Shown: positions 38,111 through 48,490 of the stretch, one piece after another
How positions within the stretch are numbered: the stretch's first letter is position 1
How the letters are laid out: each line of letters starts with the position of its first letter
Position numbers and translations under genes: made by a program
The notes under the pieces: generated by a model
The model's input: the letters and a program-made list of their open reading frames with translations, nothing else
What the model was told of the DNA's origin: nothing
The model's database searches: none
NCBI GenBank assembly: GCA_002421665.1
Contig: DISH01000004.1
Location: 87,174-151,173 of the forward strand
Direction: 5' to 3'
DNA from: Candidatus Omnitrophica bacterium UBA6215
Lineage (GTDB): Bacteria; Omnitrophota; Gorgyraeia; Pluralincolimonadales; Pluralincolimonadaceae
Length of the DNA stretch: 64,000 nt

Positions 38111-39433
38111 ATGTTCAATAGGTTTAGCACAGACAAGAAGCGCCTGGCAGGCAATTTTTTCAGCCTTTCGGCGATAGAGGCGGCAAACTACCTTTTGCCG
38201 CTTATCACGGTGCCGTATCTGGTGCGCGTGCTCGGTCCGGCGAAGTTCGGTCTGGTAGCGTTCGCGCAGGCGCTTATACAGTATTTTATCACGTTCACCG
38301 ATTACGGTTTCCAACTTACCGCCACGCGCGCGATATCGGTGGCGAGGGAAGACGCAGGGAAGGTCTCGCGCATCTTCTCGGCGGTAACGCTCATTAAGGC
38401 CGGTTTCATGCTGGCGAGTTTCGCGGCGGTATCGGCCATAGTATTTTCCGTGCCGAAGTTCAGGCAGGACGCTCTTTTATATATTTTCGCTTTCGGGATG
38501 GTCATCGGCGACGTTCTATTTCCGGTGTGGCTCTTCCAGGGCCTTGAGAAGATGAAGTTCATAGCGGCTATCAACCTGCTTGCTCGCACAATATTTGTGC
38601 TCGCTATATTCGTCTTCGTCAGGAAAGAGTCAGATTACCTTTACGCGCCGCTTATAACCTCGGCGGGGACTATCGTAGCGGGGATAGTGAGCATGCTTGT
38701 CATTACCTCGCGGCTCGGGATAAAGTTCACAGTGCCGGCGCTTTCGGAGATCGCGGCGCACCTTAAAGAGGGCTGGAACGTCTTTATCTCGATGGTCTCG
38801 ATAAGTTTGATCACGACGAGCAACACGTTCTTCCTCGGGCTCTTCGCGCCCAGCGAGATAGTCGGCTACTACTCGGCGGGCGAGAAGATAATAAATCTCG
38901 TCAACAAGGCGTTCAACCCGATACTGGTAGCGGTATACCCGCATATCGCCAAGACAGCGGCCGAGGCGCGCGATATAGCGCTGATAAAGCTAAGGAAGCT
39001 CTTTGTGCTCGTGATGACGGCGTCTTTTGCGGTGTTTATCGGGATATTCGCGTTCAGCGGCCTGATAGTGGCGGTGGTGCTCGGCCCGAAGTTCGGGCCC
39101 ACGGAGGCGGTGCTCAGGGTATTGTCTCCGCTGGCTTTTGTGATACCCATAGCGTACATTTTCGCGAACCTCGGGCTGCTGCCGTTCAAGTTAGACAGGT
39201 ATTTCGCGAGGATATACATATTCGGCGGCATACTGAATATTTTACTTTTGATAATACTGGTGTATTTCTTGAAAACGGGGGCTATCGGCACTGCCCTGGC
39301 CGTGCTCGTAACCCAGACGTTTATAACGGCGCTGATGTGGAGGGTCTTGGGCAAGCACGGGATAAAGATAGTGAATATGGACATACCGCCGCTGTTGGCG
39401 GTATTCAACAATAAGGCGATAATAGACAATTAA
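38111..39433 (+). CDS. Wzx-type flippase (MOP superfamily), copy 2
   Basis: A 440-aa protein with about 12 TM segments. The N-terminal LPLITVPYLVRVLGPAKFGLVAFAQA is the RfbX/Wzx family motif. Confidence 0.75.
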   Translation: MFNRFSTDKKRLAGNFFSLSAIEAANYLLPLITVPYLVRVLGPAKFGLVAFAQALIQYFITFTDYGFQLTATRAISVAREDAGKVSRIFSAVTLIKAGFMLASFAAVSAIVFSVPKFRQDALLYIFAFGMVIGDVLFPVWLFQGLEKMKFIAAINLLARTIFVLAIFVFVRKESDYLYAPLITSAGTIVAGIVSMLVITSRLGIKFTVPALSEIAAHLKEGWNVFISMVSISLITTSNTFFLGLFAPSEIVGYYSAGEKIINLVNKAFNPILVAVYPHIAKTAAEARDIALIKLRKLFVLVMTASFAVFIGIFAFSGLIVAVVLGPKFGPTEAVLRVLSPLAFVIPIAYIFANLGLLPFKLDRYFARIYIFGGILNILLLIILVYFLKTGAIGTALAVLVTQTFITALMWRVLGKHGIKIVNMDIPPLLAVFNNKAIIDN

Positions 39434-39445
39434 CAGGAGGTCGGA

Positions 39446-40999
39446 ATGGACGAGATAACTTTAAGAGATTACCTGAAGGTCCTTTTCAGGCAGAAGTGGG
39501 TGGTCATCACGTCGATAGTTACGGTGACGGTCGTTACGGCGCTCGGGATCTGGATAAAGACGCCCACCTACGAGGCGACCGTTACCATGCAGGTATCGGC
39601 GCAGAAGGGCGTTGAAGCGCCGTATTACATGCCGCTTATAAATATGCAGAACATGCAAGTGGCGCTCAGCCAGAGCGAACTGGTAAAGTCCAATCCAGTC
39701 CTGGAGCGCGCCCTAAAGGCGATAGGCCTAAAGCCGCTCGATTTCGAGAAGAAGTTCGCGAGCGAGCCGAGGAAGAAGTTAATAAGCTGGCAGGTCGCCT
39801 CAATAAACAAAAAGATCGAGGAGATGAGCGCGAAGATAGAAGATCCGAAACTCGCCGAACAGCAGAAGCAGAATATCCTCTTTCGCATGGCGCTTAAAGA
39901 ACTCGAGGACAATATAAAGGTCGAGCCCGTTCGCGATACCAACCTTTTTACCATTTCATACAGGGATTTCGACCCCGGCGTGGCGGCGGCAATCGCGAAT
40001 ATCATCAGCCGTTCGTATGTCATATTTGACCTCGAACAGCAGTTAGCCGAGATGCAGGTCAAGTACGGAGACAAGAACCTCGCTGTCATACAGCTAAGCG
40101 ACAGCATATCGCGGATGGAGCAGAACCTCAACGGGCAGCTGCTCCCGAATATAGAGGCGATAGGCCCGGCGAGCGTCAAGATAGTGAACCAGGCGCTGCC
40201 GCCCATGAAGCCCACGGGCCTGCCGAATACGGTCATGCTCGCGCTCGCTATCTTCATGAGTGTATTCCTCGGCGTCATGCTCGCCTTCGGGTTCGATTAC
40301 CTTGACCAGTCTTTTAAGACGCCGCAGGAAGTGGAGGCGACGCTCGGCATGCCGTTTCTGGGCGCCATACCCATAAAACCCAAAGCCAACGACTACGAAC
40401 ATATCTCGGACCAACTCTGTTTCGAACTTAAGGACAGGAAACTAAAGTCCCTTATGATATCGGCGGCGTATCCCAAAGAGGGCGCCACCATGGCGATAAT
40501 GAGCCTGGCGAAGAGCGTCTCGGCAAAGTGCAGGCCGAAGGTGCTGGTGGTAGACGCCAACCTGCGCAAGCCTGCCATGCACACGGCCTTCAAGATAGCC
40601 AACAAGGCCGGGCTTGTGGACGTGCTGGAGGGGAGCGTTTCATTCGATGAGGCGGTCCATAAGGTCACAGAGAACCTCTCTGTTTTGACAAGCGGCAGGA
40701 TAAACATGAACCCGGGCACTTTGCTCGAGTCGCAGAAGATGGCGGTGCTTTTGGAACACGCCAAGGAAAAATACGACATTGTCTTTGTCGACTGCGTGAA
40801 CCTCAGGGAGGCTAAGGACGCGGTGGTATTGTGCCGCCACGTGGACAGCGTTGTCTTCATGGTAAAAGAAGGCCATACCCGCCGCCAGACCGCCAAGGAA
40901 GCTGTGGAGCTTCTGGCAAAGGCCAAGCCGGTATTTTTGGGCGCCATACTCGGAAGCAGGACGTATGTGATACCCAAGGCGATATACGAAAGGCTATGA
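39446..40999 (+). CDS. Polysaccharide co-polymerase with ATPase domain (Wzc-like), second copy
   Basis: Wzz-like N-terminal half with 2 TM segments and a C-terminal P-loop ATPase (AAYPKEGATMAIMSLAKS; VLVVDANLRKP; IVFVDCVNLREAKD). It is a paralog of the gene at 26821-28386. Confidence 0.75.
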   Translation: MDEITLRDYLKVLFRQKWVVITSIVTVTVVTALGIWIKTPTYEATVTMQVSAQKGVEAPYYMPLINMQNMQVALSQSELVKSNPVLERALKAIGLKPLDFEKKFASEPRKKLISWQVASINKKIEEMSAKIEDPKLAEQQKQNILFRMALKELEDNIKVEPVRDTNLFTISYRDFDPGVAAAIANIISRSYVIFDLEQQLAEMQVKYGDKNLAVIQLSDSISRMEQNLNGQLLPNIEAIGPASVKIVNQALPPMKPTGLPNTVMLALAIFMSVFLGVMLAFGFDYLDQSFKTPQEVEATLGMPFLGAIPIKPKANDYEHISDQLCFELKDRKLKSLMISAAYPKEGATMAIMSLAKSVSAKCRPKVLVVDANLRKPAMHTAFKIANKAGLVDVLEGSVSFDEAVHKVTENLSVLTSGRINMNPGTLLESQKMAVLLEHAKEKYDIVFVDCVNLREAKDAVVLCRHVDSVVFMVKEGHTRRQTAKEAVELLAKAKPVFLGAILGSRTYVIPKAIYERL

Positions 41000-41397
41000 A
41001 GATGATAAAGAAACTGAGCGTCTTAGCGGCATTCGCCATGTTCCCGTTCGCGGTATCGGGCAATTACGCCGAGGTAGCCCAGCCGAGGATCATCTCGCCG
41101 ACGGGCACGGTGGATATCTCTAACGGCGCGGTAGAGTTCAAGTGGTATTACAACATACGCGGCACGCAGGGGCAGGGGGGCAGTTATGAGATAGAGGTAT
41201 ACAAGGCCGGCATGATGGTCCAGAGCAACATTGTATATGAACAAAAGGTCCCGTTCGGGCAGGACAGCCTGCAGGTAGACGCCAAGCTCTTCCAGCCCGG
41301 GCAGGGGTATTCGTGGCAGATAAGGTTCATCAAGTACGACCTAAGGAAGAGTGATTGGGTGACGGGGAGTTTCAAGGTATCGGATGGGAGTAAATGA
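40996..41397 (+). CDS. Small secreted hypothetical protein
   Basis: The ATG at 40996 overlaps the upstream stop (ATGA). Signal peptide MKMIKKLSVLAAFAMFPFAVSG. 133 aa with no recognisable domain. Confidence 0.5.
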   Translation: MKMIKKLSVLAAFAMFPFAVSGNYAEVAQPRIISPTGTVDISNGAVEFKWYYNIRGTQGQGGSYEIEVYKAGMMVQSNIVYEQKVPFGQDSLQVDAKLFQPGQGYSWQIRFIKYDLRKSDWVTGSFKVSDGSK

Positions 41398-42836
41398 GTT
41401 TAAAGCAGAAGACAATAAAGGGCCTGTTCTGGTCTGGGGCGTCCCAAGCCGGCAAACAGATAAGCCAATTCATCATAACCGCTATTCTCGCGCGTCTCTT
41501 ATCCCCGAACGATTTCGGCCTCCTGGCGATGGCTACGGTATTTATCAACTTCGGGATGATATTCAGCGAGATGGGCATTAGCAGCGCCCTTATCCAGAAG
41601 CAGGATACCCACGACAGGCATTTTTACTCGGCGTTTTGGCTGAATGTTGTTGTCGGCGTGGTTTTAACGCTCATTTTTATCGCTATTTCACCTTTGATCG
41701 CGTGGTTTTACAAGAAGCCGGAACTGCAGATAATATTGACGGTAATATCCGTAAATTATTTCATTTCATCGTTCGTTGTCATCCAACAGACTATTCTTAC
41801 CAAGGAGATGGATTTTAAGAGCCTTGCCATAAGGGATATCATTGCCATTATCCTATCCGGCGGCGTCGGTATCTTCATGGCTTACCATGGTTTTGGGGTT
41901 TGGAGTTTAGTATTTCAATCTGTTGTATTTACGTTATCGAATGCTATATTGTTGTGGACCTTATCATCTTGGCGCCCGAAATTTCAATTTGCAAAATCTG
42001 ACATTAAGGACATATTTAAATTTGGTGCTAATATTACAGGATTTAATATTGTTAATTATTTTGCAAGAAATATCGATCAGCTGTTAATTGGTAAATTTCT
42101 TGGATCACAAGCATTGGGTTATTACTCTCTAGCGTATAAAATTCTATTGTACCCATTGCAATTTATGTCAGGAGTGATTGTAAGAGTGGTATTTCCTGCT
42201 TTTTCTAAGTTACAAAATAACATTGATAAGTTACGAATTTCATATATGAAAATGATAAAATTTCTGTCTTTGATAACATTCCCTATGATATTTGTATTGT
42301 ATGGGATTTCAACAGAGTTTATATTAACTATTTTTGGAAGTAAGTGGGCACCAGTTATTACCTTATTCAAAATATTCGCTTTCTGTGGACCTTTTCAATC
42401 ATTGATAACGGTAAATGGTACGATTTACTTATCAATTGGCAGATCGGATGTACAGTTCAGAATGCAGTTGATAGGGACTTTAGTTACCACTATATGTGTT
42501 ATATTTGGTCTCCAATATGGAGTTGTAGGAGTCGCTTTTGCATATACTATACAGTCAATCTTATATTTACAATATGCTCTATTTGTATCTAGGAGCATGA
42601 TTTGTTTAAAATCAAAGGATTTTTATTCTCTTCTAAAAGCGCCGCTACTAATTAGTAGCATAATTATTATTTTATTGTATATATATAAAATTATCTTTAG
42701 TCATTTCTCTTATCCTCAAATTGTGTATACATCATTACCATTGTGTTTAATAGCGTATATAGTATTGCTGTTCGTTTTTAAGGAAATTGGGGTAAAGAAT
42801 AATAGAATTAAAATACAACTGATAGAGTCTTATTAA
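41394..42836 (+). CDS. Wzx-type flippase, copy 3 (apparently chimeric: GC-rich 5' third, AT-rich 3' two-thirds)
   Basis: The N-terminal Wzx motif LLSPNDFGLLAMATVFINFGMIFSEMGISSALIQ is encoded in GC-rich DNA. Base composition drops sharply near 41880 to about 30% GC within the same reading frame. The protein is 480 aa. Confidence 0.75.
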   Translation: MSLKQKTIKGLFWSGASQAGKQISQFIITAILARLLSPNDFGLLAMATVFINFGMIFSEMGISSALIQKQDTHDRHFYSAFWLNVVVGVVLTLIFIAISPLIAWFYKKPELQIILTVISVNYFISSFVVIQQTILTKEMDFKSLAIRDIIAIILSGGVGIFMAYHGFGVWSLVFQSVVFTLSNAILLWTLSSWRPKFQFAKSDIKDIFKFGANITGFNIVNYFARNIDQLLIGKFLGSQALGYYSLAYKILLYPLQFMSGVIVRVVFPAFSKLQNNIDKLRISYMKMIKFLSLITFPMIFVLYGISTEFILTIFGSKWAPVITLFKIFAFCGPFQSLITVNGTIYLSIGRSDVQFRMQLIGTLVTTICVIFGLQYGVVGVAFAYTIQSILYLQYALFVSRSMICLKSKDFYSLLKAPLLISSIIIILLYIYKIIFSHFSYPQIVYTSLPLCLIAYIVLLFVFKEIGVKNNRIKIQLIESY

Positions 42837-42837
42837 T

Positions 42838-43944
42838 ATGAATTCAACTAAATTATGCGAATATATAATTAATTTAACTAACGATAGTATAATAAAACAA
42901 AATCGGGATGGGAGCATGCCCGCCGGTCACAATGGGCCTTGGAATAATATAGATACTCCGGTTAGAAATACGGCTCATTGGGCAATAACATTTTGCGAAA
43001 TATACAAATTGACTAAAGATAATAGATTTTTGGAGGCTGCATTTAAGGCTGCAGAGTATTTACTATCGAAACAGGCACGGCCAGGCGGAGTAGCTTATTT
43101 ATGCCGCATTGATGAAAATAAGAATTTTTCAAATGGCTTAATTGGACAAGCATGGGCAATCGAATCCTTATCACTTTTATATAAGTGCTTAGGTATCGAA
43201 AAGTGCAGGATTGTGGCCGAAGAGGTATTTATTAGCCATCCTTTTAACTATAAATTGGGTCTTTGGAATGCCATAGATATTTATGGAGAACCTCTCCCAG
43301 TTCATCGCACTTATAATCAACAATTATGGTTTGCCCTTTCTGGCATACTATTATTAAGTAGCGGTATAAATAATGAGTTGATTAAGGAAAGAGTGGGTAT
43401 TTACCTTTCAAATCTAGTTCAGCATACATATTTAGAGAAGGACGGTGTAATTAACCATCGAATATGGTTTACAGATAAACACGCAGATTTAAAACGGAAA
43501 ATAAAGGGAACATTAACAGATATCTCCTTGCGTTTAGATAAAAATTATTCAGAGATTTCAGCTGGTTACCATTCTTTTAATTTATATGCTTACGGGATGA
43601 TAAAAAAGTATTATTCCGGATACGTTAGTTTTTTTGATTCAAATATATTTAGACAAGTTAAGAGCAACTGTCTAAACAATAACTATCTGAGTTTATTAAA
43701 TACAAACAAATTTGCTTTTAAGTATAATCCAACTGGTTTTGAAATAGCATATTTTTGTGAAATGTTCGAGTTAAATAAGAACGGCAACGAGATTATGGCA
43801 AAAGATTTATTAGAAAAACAGCTTTGTTTTTATAATGATAAAATTGTTAGTTCAAATATTGATTACGATACCTTGTTTGCTAGAATTTATGAAGCAACTC
43901 GATTAAATGAATTTAATCTGCAATATATTAATGGTGAGTCATGA
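42838..43944 (+). CDS. Hypothetical protein in the low-GC cassette (possible alpha/alpha-toroid glycan-modifying enzyme)
   Basis: A 368-aa protein. The segment GHNGPWNNIDTPVRNTAHWAITF ... GLIGQAWAIESL is reminiscent of (alpha/alpha)6-barrel enzymes such as AGE, LanC-like or unsaturated glycosyl hydrolases. The family cannot be resolved by eye. Confidence 0.4.
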   Translation: MNSTKLCEYIINLTNDSIIKQNRDGSMPAGHNGPWNNIDTPVRNTAHWAITFCEIYKLTKDNRFLEAAFKAAEYLLSKQARPGGVAYLCRIDENKNFSNGLIGQAWAIESLSLLYKCLGIEKCRIVAEEVFISHPFNYKLGLWNAIDIYGEPLPVHRTYNQQLWFALSGILLLSSGINNELIKERVGIYLSNLVQHTYLEKDGVINHRIWFTDKHADLKRKIKGTLTDISLRLDKNYSEISAGYHSFNLYAYGMIKKYYSGYVSFFDSNIFRQVKSNCLNNNYLSLLNTNKFAFKYNPTGFEIAYFCEMFELNKNGNEIMAKDLLEKQLCFYNDKIVSSNIDYDTLFARIYEATRLNEFNLQYINGES

Positions 43945-44843
43945 AAAAGGATCTTCCGTTAATAAGTGTTATTATGCCTGCCTATAATGCGGAAGAAACA
44001 ATTGAGAAGGCAATATTATCGTTACTAAATTTAAACTATCCAAAAGAAAGAATCGAATTATTAATCGTAGATAATAATTCTAGCGATTCTACTGTAGATA
44101 TAATTGGCAAATATCCGGTGACATTGCTTCAAGAATGCGAAAAACAAAGTTCCTACGCAGCAAGAAATTTAGGTGTTAAAGTTGCAAAAGGAGAGATATA
44201 TGCTTTTACAGATGCTGACTGTATTGTTGATGTAAATTGGGTTATGATGGGTATCGAAGCTTTACAGAAAGCCGATTTAGTCGGAGGCAAAGTTGAATTT
44301 ATATATTCTGAGAAAAAAACGTCATCAGAAATGTATGATTCGCTAATTAGTATGGATAACGAGTTGTATATATTGAGCTCTAAGGGAGCTACAACGGCCA
44401 ACTTATTTGTTAAATCCAGTATTTTTTCTAAAATTGGTTTATTTGACGATACTGTCGTTTCTGGTGGAGACATGGAGTGGACGATAAGAGCTAGCAACTC
44501 AGGATATAAAATAGAATATTCCAACGCTGTTATAATAAGGCATCCGTCCAGAAAGTTTAAAGATTTGATGGCCAAAGGTTTTAGAGTTGGGACGGGATTT
44601 ATTAACATATGGCGTAAAAGCGGTCTATCGAGTAAACAGATATTAAGTAATATTTTTAGATTGTGCATACCGACGAGGCCCTATTATATAAGGAAGATGG
44701 TAAAAAGGCGCGGGACAACAGATATGTACAATAAAATAGCTCAGGTATGGTTAGTAGCATATTTGAGCAAATTGTCCCGAATCACAGGGATATTATTTTC
44801 ACTTGTTTCCAGAAGGAATAAAAATTGTTTGGGCCTAAAATGA
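43941..44843 (+). CDS. Family 2 glycosyltransferase (low-GC cassette)
   Basis: LISVIMPAYNAEETIEKAILSLLNLNYPKERIELLIVDNNSSDST. DAD motif (FTDADC). Confidence 0.8.
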   Translation: MKKDLPLISVIMPAYNAEETIEKAILSLLNLNYPKERIELLIVDNNSSDSTVDIIGKYPVTLLQECEKQSSYAARNLGVKVAKGEIYAFTDADCIVDVNWVMMGIEALQKADLVGGKVEFIYSEKKTSSEMYDSLISMDNELYILSSKGATTANLFVKSSIFSKIGLFDDTVVSGGDMEWTIRASNSGYKIEYSNAVIIRHPSRKFKDLMAKGFRVGTGFINIWRKSGLSSKQILSNIFRLCIPTRPYYIRKMVKRRGTTDMYNKIAQVWLVAYLSKLSRITGILFSLVSRRNKNCLGLK

Positions 44844-46228
44844 AAATATTACTAACAGTTTTAATAGCTTCAATAGCATTTTTAGCGGTAATATTCTTTC
44901 CAAAATATTTGTTGTATATATCAGGCTTATTGCTATTTGGTTGGTATGCAATATCGCCTGATTTAAAAAAGCTCGCCATTCTTACAATAGCCGTTACTGC
45001 GTTAATTTCACAGGGTTTATCAGAATACGTGCTTTCAATTAGACTGCTCGGATTCAATATTCATATTATTGAAATTATGATCGTTGTTATTTGGGCTGGT
45101 TGTTTTATAGCTGCATTGCGCGTAAAAGAGCAAATAAATGAGTTTCCAAAAGAATATTATTTTATGATTGTGTTTTATTTCATTGTTTTTATTTCAATAT
45201 TTAGAGGTGCTGATTATTCAATCAGCCATTCATTTTCTGCTTCTAGAGAGTTATTTTATTATTCCGTAGCTTTTATCGCATTTATTAAAATTAAAAAAAT
45301 GGAAGATGCCAAATTTGTTTTAAATGCTTTTTACTTAGGTATAATTTTATATTCAATAGAATTAATATCTGTCTATATTTGGAAGGGAAATCCTCTAAGA
45401 GAATTTATTAACCAGCAAGGTATATGGGGAGCGGGAAGAATTTCGTTCAGGAACCACCAATTATTACTTATATCTTTATCAGTTAGTTTTGCGATGTTTG
45501 GACTGAAGAAATATTCAAATAGATTTTTGAATATGGCAATATTTTTTATCAGTCTGATTTTTATAACGCTTGGAGAAAGTAGAATACTATTACTATGTGC
45601 AATTACATCTATAATAGCCGTATTTGTTTTATCGTTAATTAAAAGAAACTCAAATATTGATGTATCTAAATATTTTATTTTGTTTGCGGTTATTCTATCA
45701 ATAACTGTTTCCAGTCTAACATTATTGTTCTATGGAGATGCCGGAACTAAAGGAATTCCGTACGAGCTTAAGCAGAGGATTTCTAGTGTAAATAAGTTAA
45801 ACTTGGATAGCTCTTATAAGTTTAGGGAGCAGCAGTGGTTTAGAGAAATTAACAAAATAAGGAATTATTTGTGGTTCGGACAGGGTACAAAAGCATTCTA
45901 TAATGAGTTTGATCAAGACAATTTTGAAAATATATATTGGGATAATACCAATACTTTATTTATTAGAAAAGTCGGTTTGTTGGGTTATATTTTTATTTTA
46001 CTATTTTGTTTTTGTATATTTTATAAATTAATATATATCTATGTAACTTCTAGAGATCCATATATTTTGGCTATCACCATTGGTTTATTATCTATTATCC
46101 CTGGTTTTGTCATAAGGTTATTTACTTCTCCTTTTATGATTCAGCATAAAGGTATAGTTATATATGCAATATTGATGGGGTTGGTGCAACGAGTTTACTT
46201 AATAACGAAGTATGGCAAAATCAGTTGA
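44825..46228 (+). CDS. Wzy-like polymerase / O-antigen-ligase-like polytopic membrane protein (low-GC cassette)
   Basis: A 467-aa protein with 10 or more TM segments and a large loop containing ITLGESRILLL. This is a typical Wzy architecture. Confidence 0.6.
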   Translation: MFGPKMKILLTVLIASIAFLAVIFFPKYLLYISGLLLFGWYAISPDLKKLAILTIAVTALISQGLSEYVLSIRLLGFNIHIIEIMIVVIWAGCFIAALRVKEQINEFPKEYYFMIVFYFIVFISIFRGADYSISHSFSASRELFYYSVAFIAFIKIKKMEDAKFVLNAFYLGIILYSIELISVYIWKGNPLREFINQQGIWGAGRISFRNHQLLLISLSVSFAMFGLKKYSNRFLNMAIFFISLIFITLGESRILLLCAITSIIAVFVLSLIKRNSNIDVSKYFILFAVILSITVSSLTLLFYGDAGTKGIPYELKQRISSVNKLNLDSSYKFREQQWFREINKIRNYLWFGQGTKAFYNEFDQDNFENIYWDNTNTLFIRKVGLLGYIFILLFCFCIFYKLIYIYVTSRDPYILAITIGLLSIIPGFVIRLFTSPFMIQHKGIVIYAILMGLVQRVYLITKYGKIS

Positions 46229-46237
46229 TAGGTCATA

Positions 46238-47419
46238 ATGAAAATTTTGTATATAAACGAATGCATAAATAGAATTGATGGAAGTTCTGTTCATGCGAGA
46301 AGCATTATTAGGGAACTGCAGAATAAAGGAATAGTATTATTAACAATCCCAAACAAAAAAATTCTGAATCGTACATTTGAGCCAGGAGGTACATATAGAC
46401 TTGAATTATCTTTACCGGTTTTATATCGGGAAATTCTAGTGTTTTTAAAAAGTGTGTTGAAATGTATATACAACATAGCCCTCGTTTCATTTAAAATACC
46501 TATATTTAAACCAGATATAATAATGATTAGAACGGTTCCTTATGATTTTTTACCTCTATTTCTTAATTTTGTTGGGGTCAGAAAAATAATTTTGGAGGTT
46601 AATGCGCCTCATTATATAGAAAGAGAGATGTATTATAAAATTCAATACGATAAAAGCGTTCATTTAAGTTTAATGAAAAAAATTGAAATTGTATCGTGGA
46701 AATCCGTTGATGCTTTATATGTTGTGTCAAATGAACTGAAGGAAATGATTGAACATGAGGTTGGGTCTTGTAATCCGATCATAGAGGTTATCCCCAATGG
46801 TTCAGATCAAATTAATATAGTTGATGTTAAAGTAAATTGTGATATTGTAAAAATAGGATATTCAGGGAGTTTTCATAAATGGCATGGGGTTGAATTATTA
46901 GTAGAGGTTGCCAGAAAAATTCTTAAAGAATCGGATCGTATTGAATTTTATCTAATAGGAGACGGCGAAAATAAAAAGGCAATAGAGAATATTGTAAATA
47001 ACGATAGCTTATTAAAGGATAAAATTAAATTTACTGGATATTTAACACAAAAAGAAGTTTTGGACATCATGGTTACTATGGATATTTTAGTTGCACCATA
47101 TTTAAACATGGAAAAATTCTATTTTTCTCCGATTAAAATTATGGAATATATGGCCTGCGGTAGAGCCATTATAGCTTCGAGAGTTGGGCAAATTTCCCAA
47201 ATTATTCAAGATGGGGTAGATGGAGTACTAATTCCTCCAGGTTCTAGAGACGACCTAGTGATAGCAATTAAAACATTGGTTACGAATCCTGAATATAGGT
47301 TGAGTTTAGGGAGAATGGCATTAGAGAAATCAAAAGAACATACTTGGGAAACAGTTGCATCAAAAATATTATTGCTTACAAATAAAATAAATGAAAAAAA
47401 TAATAATATACAACGATAG
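46238..47419 (+). CDS. Family 4 (GT-B) glycosyltransferase
   Basis: C-terminal E-X7-E motif region SPIKIMEYMACGRAIIASRVGQISQIIQDGVDGVL. 393 aa. Confidence 0.8.
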   Translation: MKILYINECINRIDGSSVHARSIIRELQNKGIVLLTIPNKKILNRTFEPGGTYRLELSLPVLYREILVFLKSVLKCIYNIALVSFKIPIFKPDIIMIRTVPYDFLPLFLNFVGVRKIILEVNAPHYIEREMYYKIQYDKSVHLSLMKKIEIVSWKSVDALYVVSNELKEMIEHEVGSCNPIIEVIPNGSDQINIVDVKVNCDIVKIGYSGSFHKWHGVELLVEVARKILKESDRIEFYLIGDGENKKAIENIVNNDSLLKDKIKFTGYLTQKEVLDIMVTMDILVAPYLNMEKFYFSPIKIMEYMACGRAIIASRVGQISQIIQDGVDGVLIPPGSRDDLVIAIKTLVTNPEYRLSLGRMALEKSKEHTWETVASKILLLTNKINEKNNNIQR

Positions 47420-48488
47420 TAAAATCTTCGGCGGACATGAAGTAATGTCTGCCGAAATTGCTAATGAATTGTCAGAGAAATACACTATTTGGTATGTTAG
47501 TTATAGCCGAGATATAGAAAGCCATTTGAATAATTCAATCAAATTTGTAAAAACAAACGTTAAATCATGTTTAACAATATTCGGTTTGGGTAGTTACAGT
47601 ATCTTTGACATAGTTAAGTTATACATATTATTTAAACGAATACAACCAGATTTAGTTATAATTTGTCAAGGTACTATTGAAGTGGGTCTTAAGGGAATGT
47701 GGGCATCAAAACTCTGTAGATATAAAACAATCAGCTATATTCCATTATGCTACAGTTTTAGTGAAATTAAATCTTTTATGGGATGCTGGAGGGATATCAT
47801 AGCTAGTTACTATTATAGGGTTTTTGATGCGATTATTACTATTTCTGGGGAACAAAAAGAGCTTCTTTCTCATAGAGTGGATAAAAAGGTATATATTTTA
47901 AACAATGCTGTCGACGGTAAATGTGATAATGGATATCTGTCTCCACTTAAAAAAGATGAACCGGTGGTTATCGGTATCATAGGTCGAATATCATTTGTTC
48001 AAAAAGGTCAAAATAAAATAATTGGCATAGCAAACAAGGTTAAGAGTCTTAAAATTAATGTTATATTTAGAATTATAGGTGACGGTGAAGATGCTGATAA
48101 TATGAGAGCAAGTATACGCGCGAATGGATTAGACAAAATGATTTATGTTGATAATTGGGAAAAGGATAGGCGGATATTATATAAAGGAATCAATATTGTA
48201 CTTATAACATCAAACTATGAAGGCGTCCCATTAGTTATGCTTGAATCGATACTATTTGGTAAATATGTAATAGCGCCAAATATGGGGATATTCAAAGAAT
48301 ATTTGGATAAGGATTTCTTGTATAATTCTATTAATGATGCTGCGGGAATTATATGCAGAGTAATTGAAAATTATAATGAGTATAGGTATAAATTTGATAA
48401 ATCATATAGGTTGGTTATAGAAAATAATAACAGAGAAACTTTTAGAAGCAATTTATTTAGCATTATTGATGAAATAACATCAAATTAG
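47391..48488 (+). CDS. Family 4 (GT-B) glycosyltransferase
   Basis: EGVPLVMLESILFGKYVIAPNMG motif. 365 aa. Confidence 0.75.
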   Translation: MKKIIIYNDSKIFGGHEVMSAEIANELSEKYTIWYVSYSRDIESHLNNSIKFVKTNVKSCLTIFGLGSYSIFDIVKLYILFKRIQPDLVIICQGTIEVGLKGMWASKLCRYKTISYIPLCYSFSEIKSFMGCWRDIIASYYYRVFDAIITISGEQKELLSHRVDKKVYILNNAVDGKCDNGYLSPLKKDEPVVIGIIGRISFVQKGQNKIIGIANKVKSLKINVIFRIIGDGEDADNMRASIRANGLDKMIYVDNWEKDRRILYKGINIVLITSNYEGVPLVMLESILFGKYVIAPNMGIFKEYLDKDFLYNSINDAAGIICRVIENYNEYRYKFDKSYRLVIENNNRETFRSNLFSIIDEITSN

Positions 48489-48490
48489 AT

